From: Hypanus sabinus
Lineage: Eukaryota
DNA: 64,000 nt
Direction: 5' to 3'
Assembly: GCF_030144855.1 (NCBI RefSeq)
Contig: NC_082732.1
Location: 31,434,001-31,498,000 of the forward strand
Shown here: positions 51,442 to 63,860 of the stretch, one piece after another
Position numbering within the stretch: the stretch's first letter is position 1
Layout of the letters: each line of letters opens with the position of its first letter
The notes under the pieces: generated by a model
Database searches by the model: none
What the model was told of the DNA's origin: nothing
Seen by the model: the letters and a program-made list of their open reading frames with translations, nothing else
Program-made: the position numbers and the translations under genes

Positions 51442-52620
51442 CTGGTGAGAAGAGAGAGGTGGCAGCAGCTTAGAGATTAACTTTACAGAAGAGAGTGAGA
51501 AGGGTGAAGTTGCCTACAGTTTGAGCAAATCCCAATTTAAGCAGAGTAAGTTTGGGTCAGAAATATTGCAGCTGTACATTTATCTAACACTAGAAAGTGA
51601 CAATAGCATTGAAATTTAAGCAAGAGCATTGTTTTCAAAAAAATCCCTCTCATGCTGTTAACACCCGAGTACAGAATCTAGAAATAAAATAGAATTTGAA
51701 AACTTTAAAAACAGTCTCTTAAATTAATTGGCACCCTTTGCCAGTCAGAAACTGATATTTAACTGTGTTAAATACTAATGTGCACTGGCTGAATATTGTA
51801 TACACTGGAGTTAAATATTAGCAGGTTAGCACAGAACATTATACACACAGGTTAATATTCATATATAGTGGCTGAATATTTATAAACTCACTGAATAGCA
51901 TTATAAGTTGGTCAAATATTGTTATATACGTTCACTGGTTATATACTAAAATACACCTCCAGATGTTGAAAAAAAACACAAAATGAATTTTAAAATACAT
52001 TCATTAAATATTTACATATACTCACCACTTATTGATAGCCATTACCTAAAGGTTGACAAAGGCTTAACATAAATTGGCATATCTAGGTTGTACATTGATA
52101 TAATTTGAATTAGAAAACATGAACAGTTTGTGCAATGCCCACATGATGCTGGAGACTCAGCAAGTCAGGAAGCATCAATGGAGAGGAATAAACAGTTGAC
52201 ATTTTGGATAATTAAGGGTTTTGGCTTGAAATGTCAGCTGGTTATTCCGCTCCATAGATGCTGCTTAACTTGCTGAGTTTCTCCAGTACTTTGTGTGTTT
52301 TGCTCAAGATTTATAGCATCTGTAGGTTCTTGTGTATTGAGGATTAGTCTGTTTGTTCCAGTAAATGTCAACATAGATACCGTAGGTGGAATTGGTCTAA
52401 CCCTGCCCTGGAAGTGAGGAATGTCTCTGTTGCCTTGAGGTGTTGATTACTTACTGAATTGTGCACTGTGCAGTTTGATAAATGTCACTTTGTGCTTATT
52501 GAGAAAGATATGATATGTGACATACAGGCTTGGAAAAATGACAAAATCCCATCACCTTTTTATCCTTTGTGTTGAGTGGATTTTCTTGCTTAAAATACCG
52601 CATGAAAAGATACAGACACA

Positions 52621-53159
52621 GACAAGGTGGCCACTTTATTAGGTACCTCCTGTAGCTAATATAGTGGCTACTGGGTGTATGTTCATGGTTTTCTGCTGCT
52701 GTAGCCCATCCACTCCAAAGTTCAACATGTTGTACATTCAGAGATGTTCTTCTGCTCATTGTTGTTGTAATATGTGGCTATTTGAATTACTGTTGCCTTC
52801 CTTTCAGCTTGTACCATCTGGCCATTCTCCTCTGACCTCTCATTTTTTCCCCCACAGAGGTGTCGTTCATTGGATGTTTTGTTTTTTGTTGTTTTGCACC
52901 ATTCTCTGTAAACTCTTGAGGCTGTTCTGCATGAAAAACACGGATCAGCAGTTTCTGAGATACTCAAACCAGCCCGTCTGTCACCAACAATCAAAGTCTC
53001 TTGGATCACATTTCTTCCCCACTCTGATGTTTGGTCTGCACAATAACTGAACTTCTTGACCATGTCTGCCTGCTTTTATGCATTGAGATGACAGGCTGTT
53101 CAGATATTTGCATCTATGAATAGATGTATAGGTTTACCTAATGAAGTGGACACTGAGAG
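52621..53159 (-). mobile_element. Tc1-like non-autonomous element (same family)
   Basis: Same TIRs. Remnant VG.RRAGLSISETAD...SRVYREW (Tc1 HTH). Confidence 0.82.
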
Positions 53160-53764
53160 TACGTATGTTGTCAATGTTATCCAGACTTATTTTGGAGTAC
53201 ATTCTGTTTGTTCAAGTTTTCAGATATTATTATGAGTGTATAGAGAGGGTAAGTGCAAACAAGCTTTTTCTACTGAGGTTGGGAAAGGATAGAGGTCATA
53301 GGGTGAAAAGTGAAATGTTAGGGGAACCCGAGGGGGAGCTTCTTCATTCAGAGGATGGTGAAAGTGCAGGACAAGCTGCCAGTGGAAATGGTGAATGCCG
53401 GTTTGATGCAACATTTAAGAGAAGTTTTGATAGGTACATGGATGAGAAGGCTATGGAGGGCTATGGTCCTAGCATGTATGGGACTAGGCAGAATAACAGC
53501 CCAGTACAGATGGGATGAGCTGACTATTTGACAGATAAATGGCCCGCTCAGAAAATGCTATAGGGTGCTAGGGTGAGGAGTTTTGGGAAGTAAGAGGTGA
53601 AAGAAGAAATAGAGTCCTGGAGGCCTTAGGCTGTTTGGACCAAAATAAAAAAATCAGGAGAAGAACAGCCATGCAGCCTGGCAACTGGTCCTCATCCTGA
53701 GAGCCAAGATCTATCAGAGAAGCAAGAGAAAACACAGGGAAAGGACCAAACTGAAATCCAATTA

Positions 53765-54357
53765 CAGTGGATGCCCGTTAATTGGGCCATCAGTTAATCA
53801 TGGTAGCCACTTATTCTTAAAGAACAAAAACTAATCATGAAAATAGCCAGGATTCCCTTCACTTATTTAGGACACTGCACCACTTAATTGGGACAGGAGA
53901 CTATTACTGAACAGTTTCTAACCAGTGTTGGACGTGTGCATTTGTGTGGTTGTTAGAGTTTGCTTAGAGTGAACAGTTTTTAAATAGCATCAGTTGTGCA
54001 TGCTTGCATTCAAAAATCAGTGATTTTTGTCACTAGTAGTTGGCAAGAAGTAAGCAGTAAGACAATTCACTGTTCACTATTGTGCTCACTGCAGCTTCAA
54101 ACTGTAGCTTGGAGATACCAGAAACAGCCGGAAGTGAAAATGAAACAGTTTCATTACTTCAATAAGTTAGAAACTACAAAGAATATGGTATCAGCAATCA
54201 TCTTAAATTTACATCTAAAATGAAGATTCAGAGGATGTAATCATCGATAGCATTGTATGAAGGCAGTCCATTATCTACACTGGCTGTCTGCGCTGATCTA
54301 CAGTCAATCAAGAGAATATACTGGTCCCAATGTGTCCCAATTAATCACAATCCACTG
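53765..54357. mobile_element. pogo/Tigger-like non-autonomous DNA transposon
   Basis: TA-flanked TIRs CAGTGGATGCCCGTTAATTGGG / CCCAATTAATCACAATCCACTG. Confidence 0.78.
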
Positions 54358-54539
54358 TATTAGCTGAAATAAAGGGGATCAGAACCACGGTCAGTCTACG
54401 GAATTTGTCTTATTTGCTTGATCGTAGAATGCCAGCAATTATTGTCCATCCTGAACTGGCCCTGGACTAAGCAACTACGAGCCAACATTGTTGGTGAGGG
54501 CTGACGTTGACTGGTGAGAGTGGTAGGCTTCCTTCTCTA

Positions 54540-57500
54540 AAGGACCTGGAAAAACGATACAGTCTTTCTACTCTATCTGTGCCTCTCATATTCTTATAAA
54601 TCTCTGTCAGATCTACCCTGAGCCTCTGCCGCTCCAGAGAAAACAACACAAGTTTGTCCACCCTCTAATTGAGGCAATGTCCTGGCAAAACCTCTTCTGT
54701 ACCCTCTCTAAAGACTTGACATCCCTCCTATAGTGGGGTGACCAGATCTGTATGCAATACTTCATTTGCGGACTAACTAGAGTTTTACAAAGCTACAACG
54801 ACTTCCTGACTTTTGAATTCAATGCCTTAACCAATAAAGGTAAGCATTCAGATGCCTTTTTAACAAACCTTTCAGCTTGTATAGCCACTTTCAGAGAGCT
54901 ACCAGCTTGGACCCCAAGATTCCTCTGCTCCTCAACACTGTTACAGTACACCTTAACAGTGTACAGTCTCCTTAAACCTGACCTGCCAAGATGCAAAACT
55001 TCCTACTTAGCCAGGTTAAATACCACCTGGCATTTCTCTGTCCGTATCTGCAACTGATCTATGTTGTATTGTATTCTTTGCCGGTCATTTGCACCACCTA
55101 CAGCACCACCAATCTTCATTTCATCTGCAAACTTAGTAGCATAACCATCCACATTTTCATCCTGGTCATTTATGTACATCAGCAGCAGCAGAGATCTCAG
55201 TACATGTAATGAGCTCTTTGGGCTTGTACAATGAGCCAGAGTGTGTTGGGCTCTGAGGGCTTTAAGAACAACTGAATTGATTAATTGTTGTTCAGCGAGA
55301 GTTATTAATCATTTAGTGTTCCTTGTGTTTTTCCTTAAGGGACTCTCTCTTTGTTTTGCAGTCTCCTGGAGCTTTATGTTTAAACTTGTTAAGTTTATTT
55401 TGATAAGATCGGGGATTCCGTATTACTTGTATTATGTAAGTGGACACCTGATTAGCACTAACCCTGGGGTCCTAGTTTTGAGAATGTTAAGTCTCTTGTT
55501 GTTGCTCGGCTAAGCCACCAATGTTGTGCTGGAATTCTTATGAATTGTGGCAAGTATTTGGTCCATGATGACAGATGAGAAAAGCTTGTTTATCTCCACC
55601 GCAGTTTTTATTGCAACAAGCATAATAACAGACCAAGCACAATGACCTGGGGAGAGAGTTGCTCAGTCACATACAGGCAGGGGAGGTGATTGCTACACAC
55701 CCCTGGGTATAGTCAGGGTGACACACAAACACACAAGCAAACAACTGTATAGCCCGAGCTAAAATGTAACAATAAGTGAACTTGAACATCTCACCATAAT
55801 TCCACAAGCGCATTTTAAAACAAGAACAATAAGTAGTACTGGATGCTAGGAATGCTGGGGTGAACTGTCAACCATGCCCTAGGAATGCCACAGAATAAAC
55901 CCTGCTTGCCATCTCTACATCAAAGTCTGCCTTTCCTCCGCACATGGGTTCCAACTTTGCCAGCACACATCGTGACAGTACAGGTCTCTGCAAATCATAA
56001 AACTCCAGCGAGAGTAAGTCCCTTCAGCCATTACCCACTGCTTTCTTTGGACAAGCTAGTTCTGAATCCAAATAGCCAATTTACTATGGATCCCATACAT
56101 CTTAATCTTTTAGATGAGCCTTTCATGAGGGACCTTGTCAAACACCTTACTAAAATCCATGTAGACAACATCCACAACTCTACCTTCATCAATCACCCAT
56201 GTCTCCTCATCAAAAAACAATTCAGTAAAACAAAATTTGCCCCGTACAAAGCTATGCTAGCTTGCCCTAATTAGGCCATGGTTTTTCAAATGCTCATCAA
56301 TCCTATCCCTAAGAAATCTCTCCAGTAACTTCCTCAACACTGATGTGAAATTCACTGGCCTATGGTTTCCAGGATTATCTCTGGTTCCCTTCTTGAATGG
56401 AACAACATTATCTAGTTGGCAGTCCTCAAGGCTACAGAAGACACAAAGATATTGGTCAAGACCCCAGCAATCTCTTCACTTGCTTCTCTCAGTAACCTGG
56501 GATATATCCCATCAGGCCCTGGGGGCTTATCTATTTTGATGCTCTTTAAGATACCCAATATTATCTCCTACTTTAAAATGCATTAGCATATTAATTTTCT
56601 TGGCACTGATCTTCCTATCCTCCATGTCTTCACCTTGGCAAATACTGATGTAAAGTGCTCATTAAGGGCCTCACCCACATCCTTTGCATCTAAGCAAATG
56701 TTTCCCTTCCCCCCCATATCCTTTGTCCCACCTTTAACCTAGTTAATACCATGCTTCTGATATATTTATAGAGTGCCTAGGGATTCTCCTTAATCCTACT
56801 TGTCAAGAACTTTTCATGCCCCTCCTGGCTTTCCTAATTGCCTTCTTAAGTTCTTTTCCAGCTTCTTTATAACCTGCAAGAGCTCTGTTTGATTCCACCT
56901 TCCTAGGCATTGCATACAGTACTTTTCCTTTTTCTTTTTGACTAAAGTCATCACCTCAAGTCAACATCCAAGGTTCTCTTACCTTGCCATCCTTGTCCTT
57001 CCTTCTGACCAAAACATACCTGTCCTGTACTCTGTACAATTATTCTTAAACACCCTCCACATGTCGGATGTGGACTTGCCCAAAAACAGCTGTTCCCGAT
57101 GAACTCTTCTTAGCTCTTGCCTAATGTATTCATGATTTGCCCTGCTCCAGTTAAAAGTTCTTCTGGGAAGTCCATTATTTATCCTTATCTTCAGCTATTT
57201 TAAAATTTAAGGAGCTATGGTCACACTTCCCTAACTTGCACCTAGCCAGGCTCATTATGATCCAGTGCAACCACTCGTCCTGATGGACTATCTCCAATCT
57301 AAATATTGATTTATGAAGCCCTCCTGTTAAATTCTGCTCCATCTAAATCTCTTGCACTAAAAAGATCCCAGTTATATCAGGGAAGCTGACGTCCCCCATG
57401 ACAACCCTATTATTTTTACGCCTTTTCTTAATCTGCCTGTATATCTGTTTCTCAATGTCCCGGTGGCTATTGGGTGGTCTGCAGTATAATCCTATCAGAG

Positions 57501-57800
57501 TGATTGCACCCTTCCTACTTTTGTGTTCTACCCATATAGACACAGTGGACAAATCTTCCATTATGTCCCCTCTGAGTGTAGTTGTGAAACTGTCCCTGAT
57601 TAGTAGTGCAACTCCCCCTCCCCTTTACCTCCATCTCTATCTTTTCTAAAACATTCAAACCCTGGGACATTAAGCAACCATTCCTGTCCATCCCGCAACC
57701 AAGACTCTAACAGCCACATGATCATAGTTCCATACAGTGATCCATGCTCGAAATTCACTACCTTTACCCATAATACTCCCAGCATTAAAATACAGTATCT
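54540..57800 (-). mobile_element. Degenerate CR1 LINE ORF2, interrupted by a solo LTR
   Basis: APE fragments (ESWL, YCRPPN, VMGD), RT fragments, and EEQRNLGV / LFSLERQRLRVDL. Confidence 0.85.
55205..55977 (+). mobile_element. Solo LTR (possibly composite) inserted in CR1
   Basis: TGTAAT...GTGACA ends. 5-bp TSD GTACA at 55200-55204 and 55978-55982. AATAAA near the 3' end. Confidence 0.8.
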
Positions 57801-58549
57801 ATCATTTTGCTCCTGCCTGTTTTAACTGGCCCTGATATATATCATCCTCTCCATCCCTCCGCCTTCTGACCTGGTACTCTGCTTCTCATCCCCCATCCTA
57901 ATATTAGGGATGTGTTTTCTTCTGTCTCCGTCCCCCATCAAATAAAAGGGTGAATGCAATGAATAATCGATAGGAAGGTCCTTTCCATTTTTGAAAATTA
58001 ATTAGAAACAGCCCAAGTATTTGAAAGAAAAGCACATTTGCTCCCAGAGGACGTGTGTGAATCTACAACCTTCTTCTGCCACTGAGAAAGCTGTAAGTGC
58101 AAGCCCTCGTAGTCTTAAACTGCAACTAATATGATTCTAGGGGAATCGCAGACTCGGATCTTAACTACAATTAAACCACTGCAAACGTGTTGGCGTGGAT
58201 TATTGAGCTGCTCCCAAAGGGCAAGATATTACAAATAACAAGAGCTTTGCTTTAATCCAAGAGCTGAATCTTAATAAAGATTTATCAGAAGAAACTGCCT
58301 CTTTGAGCATTGCACAAAATAAATTACTTTTAAATTGCCTTCATGTAGGCTGTTCAATCAATAAATGAAACATTCTTTAGGCAGCAGTGAGATGAATGAG
58401 CAGCCCATTTGCCTTTGATTAATGAAAGATCTTTGATATGTTTCTGATAAAGCACTCTGTACTTCAAAGAGTGCCGTGAGATGTTACACGTCCACCTGAA
58501 CTGACAGCTGTGACCACAGTCTAATCCCTTATTTGAAAGACAGCACCAG

Positions 58550-59320
58550 GATGAGCTGATGAGGAGACATACAGGAGTGAGACTGAGACGGCTGGTTGAG
58601 TGGTGTCACAGCAACAACCTTGCACTCAACGTCAGTAAAACCAAGGAATTGATTGTGGACTTCAAGAAGCTGAAGGAATGTACACTGGTCCTCATACAGG
58701 GGCCAGCAAGTTCAAGTTCCTGGGTATCAACATCTCTGAAGATCTATCCTGGGGCCAACATATTGATGCAATTATGAATAAGGCACTGCAGCAGCTATAT
58801 TTCATTTGGAGTTTGAGGAGACTTGGATGTCACCAAAGACTCTATCAAATTTCTTTAGATGTACTTGGGAGAGCATTCTAACTGGTTGCATCACCATCTG
58901 GTATGGAGGGGCCACTGGACAGTCTTAGGCAAATCCATCATGGGCACTAGCCTCCTCAGCATTGAGGACATCTACAAAAGATAATGACTCAAAAAGGTGG
59001 CATCCATCATCAAAGATTCCCACCACCTAGGACTTGCTCTTTTCTTATTACTGCGATCAGAGAGAAGGTACAGGAGCCTAAAGACACACATTCAATACTT
59101 TAGGAACAGCTTCTTCCCCTCCACCATCATAGACAATAAACTAACCCATGAACACAGCCCTGCACTATCCTTGTTCTCATTTTGCACTACTTATTTAATT
59201 TAATATTTTATATGTATTTATTGTAATTTATAGTATTTTTAATGTATTACACTGTACTGCTGCCACAAAATGACAAATTTCATGACATACTGTATGTCAG
59301 TAATATTAAACCTGAGATGA
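58550..59320 (+). mobile_element. Rex1/Babar LINE 3' fragment (other copies at about 7490-8010, 9420-10170, 11960-12370(-), 22555-22985, 32770-33115, 44210-44710)
   Basis: WCHSNNLALNVSKTKELIVDF, FKFLGINISEDLSW and L.S.RRYRSL..H...FRNSF motifs. Confidence 0.8.
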
Positions 59321-59532
59321 TTCTGACGCATGCCTACATAGGAAGAGTGGTGGTGAGGTCTCACTGACTGAAACATTGGGTTAGTGTAACTCATTCAGCT
59401 GTTCAGTGAAAATCATTTGGGCAATGTGGTCTTTCCTGGTGTGTTCTAAACAGGGCAATAGCAATAAAGACAATTCCTTGATGACTGGTACTCTAGTCTA
59501 ATACCCAAGGACCTCAGGTGGATGCCTTATAC

Positions 59533-59873
59533 CAGGGGTGTCAAACTCATTTTAGGTCACGGGCCGGATTGGGCAAAATGCAGCTTCATACGGGCCGGAT
59601 TAGTCGGGCGCCTGCGAACGCAGCTTTCATTGCCTCCGTTTTTTCAGCCTGTTCTCATGTGTCTCAGTCTCTGCTATAACTACAAAGTGTTTCACTTCAC
59701 AAATTCCGTTTCTTATGAAGAAGACTGCTGAGCAAGCATTATTTTTATGATTGGTATTAACTTACAATCATAGGCTTCATATCGCCGGGCCATTAATAAT
59801 TAAAATAATAGATCTATCTAAAATGATCTCGCGGGCCGGATATGGCCCGCTGGCCTTGAGTTTGACACCTATT
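59533..59873. mobile_element. hAT MITE with perfect TSD
   Basis: TIRs CAGGGGTGTCAAACTCA / TGAGTTTGACACC. Perfect 8-bp TSD CCTTATAC. Subterminal GGGCCG repeats. Confidence 0.88.
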
Positions 59874-61144
59874 CCTTATACAAAACCTCTGTTTGGCCCT
59901 TACAAGGGCTGGTGGAAAAATAGATCATCAATGCCACTGACACATGGACAATCCATTCTTAGAGCAAGTGTATTCATCAATCCATGAAAATTGGATTGAG
60001 AATTTTCTTTAAATTAGCTTCCTTTGTAAATGGCCCCTGCTTAGACTTGAGCAGTGTGTTTAGTTTCAGTTGAATGCACAGAAGAAAGTGTGATAAGAGA
60101 GTGGCGGAGACACATAGAGGACAAGAGACAGGAGTGACAATCACATAGAATTACAAGGGGAGGTAGAACAATACAGAGAAATGTCAACAGAGAACATCAG
60201 AGAGATGGACTAATAGAGACCGGCATAGAAAGAGACAAAAACACATTCACCAGTTAAAAAATCATTAACAAAGAAACAGACAGACAGACAGACAGAACAG
60301 ATGAGTTAATACTCAGGATACAGAAAAGAACAGAGAGACGCTGATATAGATGTAGATAGAAGAGAGAGAGAGAGCTCTAGAAAGAGCAAGGCCAAGAATA
60401 AAATAGAAACTGGTATATAGATAGAGGAGAGAAACAAAGAGAAAGTCAGAGAACTATATTCCTCTTCTAATGTGAGTTCCTCCTGATCTAAGGTTATAAT
60501 TTGTTCCATTATGGGGTTGGTTGAAGAATGAATGTTACCAAGGATACCCCAGTGAATGATTGACTTGTACCATTCCCCGGAGAAAGGAAAATGAAGTGCA
60601 GCCAGGACCCTTCAGCTGCAGCGTCATCAAGGAAATGTCATGGATCTATTTTAAAAGTTGGAAGTCCAAAAGCAATTCTGTTTTGACTGTTGAAAGAAAT
60701 TCCAGGCCATTGTTTCAATTGATGTTGCATCCAATGGTTGGATGTCTCACATTTCACAACACAGAACACGTGGTTAAGTTATATTGGAATATCTCAGACG
60801 TGAGAGAGCTGCGATGGTTTTGAAATTCTGCACAGAGCTCAGCAGGCCATTGTGTCTGTAGAAGGCTGAGCGGAAACGGTGTGGCTGGGGGAGATGTGGA
60901 GTGGACTGGGGGAGGGAATGAAGCCTGAACAGCAACTACGGCAATCACATCGAGGTCCTGAGGCTGGTATGAGTCAGAGTCAGAGCCTCAGCTATGTCCA
61001 GCCCTAGGGTTTATTTCCTAGTTCCCAAATCATAAGGGAAATCAAGTTACATTGCACTTGCTGACCATTAACTGTGTTCAACTAGTTAGTGCTGCAGGTG
61101 ATACTAGTTTGTGTGCCATGCAGACGTGCTTAACTAATTCGAGG

Positions 61145-61700
61145 AATACACACAAAATTCTGGAGGAACTCAGCAGGCCAGGCAGCATCTATGGAAAAGA
61201 GTACAGTTGACGTTTTGGGCCGAAACCCTTTGGCAGGACTGGAGGAAAAAAGCTGAGGAGTAGATTCAAAAGGTTGGGGGGAGGGGAGAGAGAGAACCAC
61301 CAGGTGATAGCTGAAACCTGGAGGAGGAGGGACAAAGTAAAGAGCTGGGAAGTTGATTGGTGAGATGAGGTGAGGGAGGAAAAAGGGGATGGGAAATGAA
61401 GAGGGGGTGGTGTTTGGGGGGCATTACCGTAAGTTTGAGAAATTGATATTCATGCCATCAGGTTGGAGGCTGCCCCGATGGATTATAAGGTGATGTTTCT
61501 CCAACCTAAGTGTGGCCTTATCTGGGCAGCGGAGGAGGCCATGGGTGGACATATCAGAATGGGAATTGGAAGTGGAATTAAAATGGGTGGCCACTGGGAG
61601 ATCCTGTTTGTTCTGGTGGACGGAGCGTAGGTGTTCGGTGAAGTGGTCTCCCGGTCTTCGTCGGGTCTCACCAATGTACAGGATGCCACACAGGGTGTGC
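61145..61700 (-). mobile_element. Penelope-like element 3' fragment
   Basis: Reverse-complement similarity to 27780-28375 (GIY-YIG tail plus terminal repeat). Confidence 0.85.
61204..61241 (-). ncRNA. Decayed minimal type-I hammerhead ribozyme motif in a Penelope terminal repeat
   Basis: CAGUC-CUGCCAA-A-GGGUUUCGGCCC-AAAACGUC-AACUG. Fits CAGUC-CUGxxGA-A-stemII-GAAACGUC-GACUG after reverting three CpG>CpA changes. Probably inactive. Confidence 0.65.
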
Positions 61701-63467
61701 TTAACTGATTAGCGTGCAAGTAAAAGCAAAAGAATTGCAGGTGTTGGAAATCTGAAACAAAAATAGAAAATGTTCAACGGGTCAGGCAGCATCTGTGGAG
61801 ACAGAAGAAGAGCCAATATTTCCAGTTAGATGGTAGAAATGAAATGTGTTTTTCAGGGTGGATAGAAAGGAGGAAGGAGTGGTGAGAATTAAAGAGAAGG
61901 TTTGTGATGCCTGGGGAAGATGAAAAGACTCTAACACTTGAGGCATTTGTTGTCCCCAGTATGTTTGGTCATATTTATCCCTCCACCAATATCGCAAAAA
62001 ATAGGTTGTGTGGTTGCAATCACAATACTGCTTATGGGAGCCTTGATGTGCGCAAAAGCATTATCTCATTTCTTACATAATGAACTATACACCCAAACAT
62101 ACTGCCTTAACCATAAATCACTTGGTGCATCTTCAGACGGTGAAAGTGCTTTGGAAATGCAAGCCTTTCTTCTTCTCCTGGGATTGGTGGTAAGATTTTC
62201 ATTCTGAATTCTAGCCCCTAACCGTGTATGTGGACATTAAGGGATACCGCTATGAAGTTCCACGTGGTTAAATAGGACACTGGACTGTCACTGGCCTTAA
62301 TGAGACTGTGTTCCAGCCAAGCCTTGCAGTGCCCAGGATGAAGTAAGATGCAGCCGCTTTAAACAAGAGTATGTGATTGAATTAGTTGGAAGTTTTGAGT
62401 TCAGACTATGGGCTCTCTTTCCAGAAGACCAAGCATTGGCACCAAATCCCACAACAGGCATGTCAGAGCAACAAAAGAGAGGCAAAATATAATGAAGCCA
62501 GTTGAATTGCAGTTCAAATTTATTAAAAGATATTAAAGCTAAATGCTGCTGTTTTCATGCCTGTTCAAATTGATAATGATACAGCGAAACCATGAAGATG
62601 TTATTATATCAAGCAGCACCTGGGAAATCATTTTAGCAACATTATCCTTAAGATTCATTGGGCAGGAGGCAATGAGTAAACAGAGCTGTCTGCTTCTAAT
62701 GGCAGTCCAGAAAGGAATGGAAATGTCTGCTTCAGCACATTCAGTGAGCGACAGTCCAGGGAGATCATTGATGCTCTTTCCTGAGCCTACAACTTCAACC
62801 TCACATTTGACTGTGAGCCAATTACAGATTAATGGCTGGTATTACTTTATTTAAAGACTCATCATCACTCTTGATCCAGCACCATGGGCTGATGTTTAAT
62901 CAAAGTTACAGTTAAACTCCTTCATTATTCTCACTCTGCCTCTCTTACCCATGGCTAACTTTAAGCTCAAAGTTGCCATTTCCTGATATTTCTCACTTCC
63001 CCTGCCTAACTTCATCTGCCTGTCCCAACAACTCCCCATAAACCCACTGTTCTTTGAACTACAGCATCTTCTGTGCTTTCAACTACTAATAAACCACCTG
63101 TCACAACATCATGGGTCAAGCTCCCTGGATTCTCTCCCTAAACAACTTACTTCTCCACTCCTCCTGCTTCCTTAACCACTCCTATAAACTTTCCTTCTTC
63201 AGCATTTCTTTGACACTGCCTCTTAATGATTGTGTGTTTGTATCTTTCTGTGAACGTGTCCTTCTGTGTTTGTCTCCCTTTCTGACTGTATCCCTCTGAT
63301 GCCGTATCTTCCTGCGACAGTATCCCTCTGTGACCGTGTCCCTTTATGACTGCATCTTTCAGTGACTGTGTAATTCTGGGATATATCCCTATGGGAAAGG
63401 GGATTATTTTGCTGTTGTTGTCGCGACCTGTGTTGTTCTGTGGAACATTGTGGTCATGCTTTGTTGG

Positions 63468-63860
63468 TGCCGGTGGTGTAGTGGCATCAGCGCTGGACTC
63501 TGCAGCGAATGGTCCCGAGTTTGAATCCAGCCAGCTCCCTTCCACGCTTTACATCCGTGCTGGGTTGAGCATCGAGCTAGCAACTCGACCTCATAAAAAA
63601 AAACCTGGAGAATGCTACAGAAACACCACATGATGAGCAATTACCAAAAGTATCGGTGCAAAAAGCTTGTCATGACGGCGCCCCAATGACTCCACCAGGA
63701 GTAAAGGGCATTCTTCTTTGTTAGTGCTGGAAAGTGTGCCGACACTTGCCGGCTGTCCCCAGCACATGTTTAGGTCGTGTTGGTAGTCAATGCAAATGAA
63801 GCATTTCACTGTCTCCTTCAACGTACATGTGATAAGTAAATCGAAATCTGAATGTGAATC
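63468..63860 (+). mobile_element. tRNA-derived SINE (related copy on the minus strand at about 6370-6565)
   Basis: A box TGGTGTAGTGG and B-box-like GAGTTTGAATCC. Body shared with the second copy. Confidence 0.72.

Noticed and set aside
63468-63545. Possible tRNA gene
   Set aside because: A and B boxes only, no clean cloverleaf, and it continues into a SINE body with a second copy in the window.
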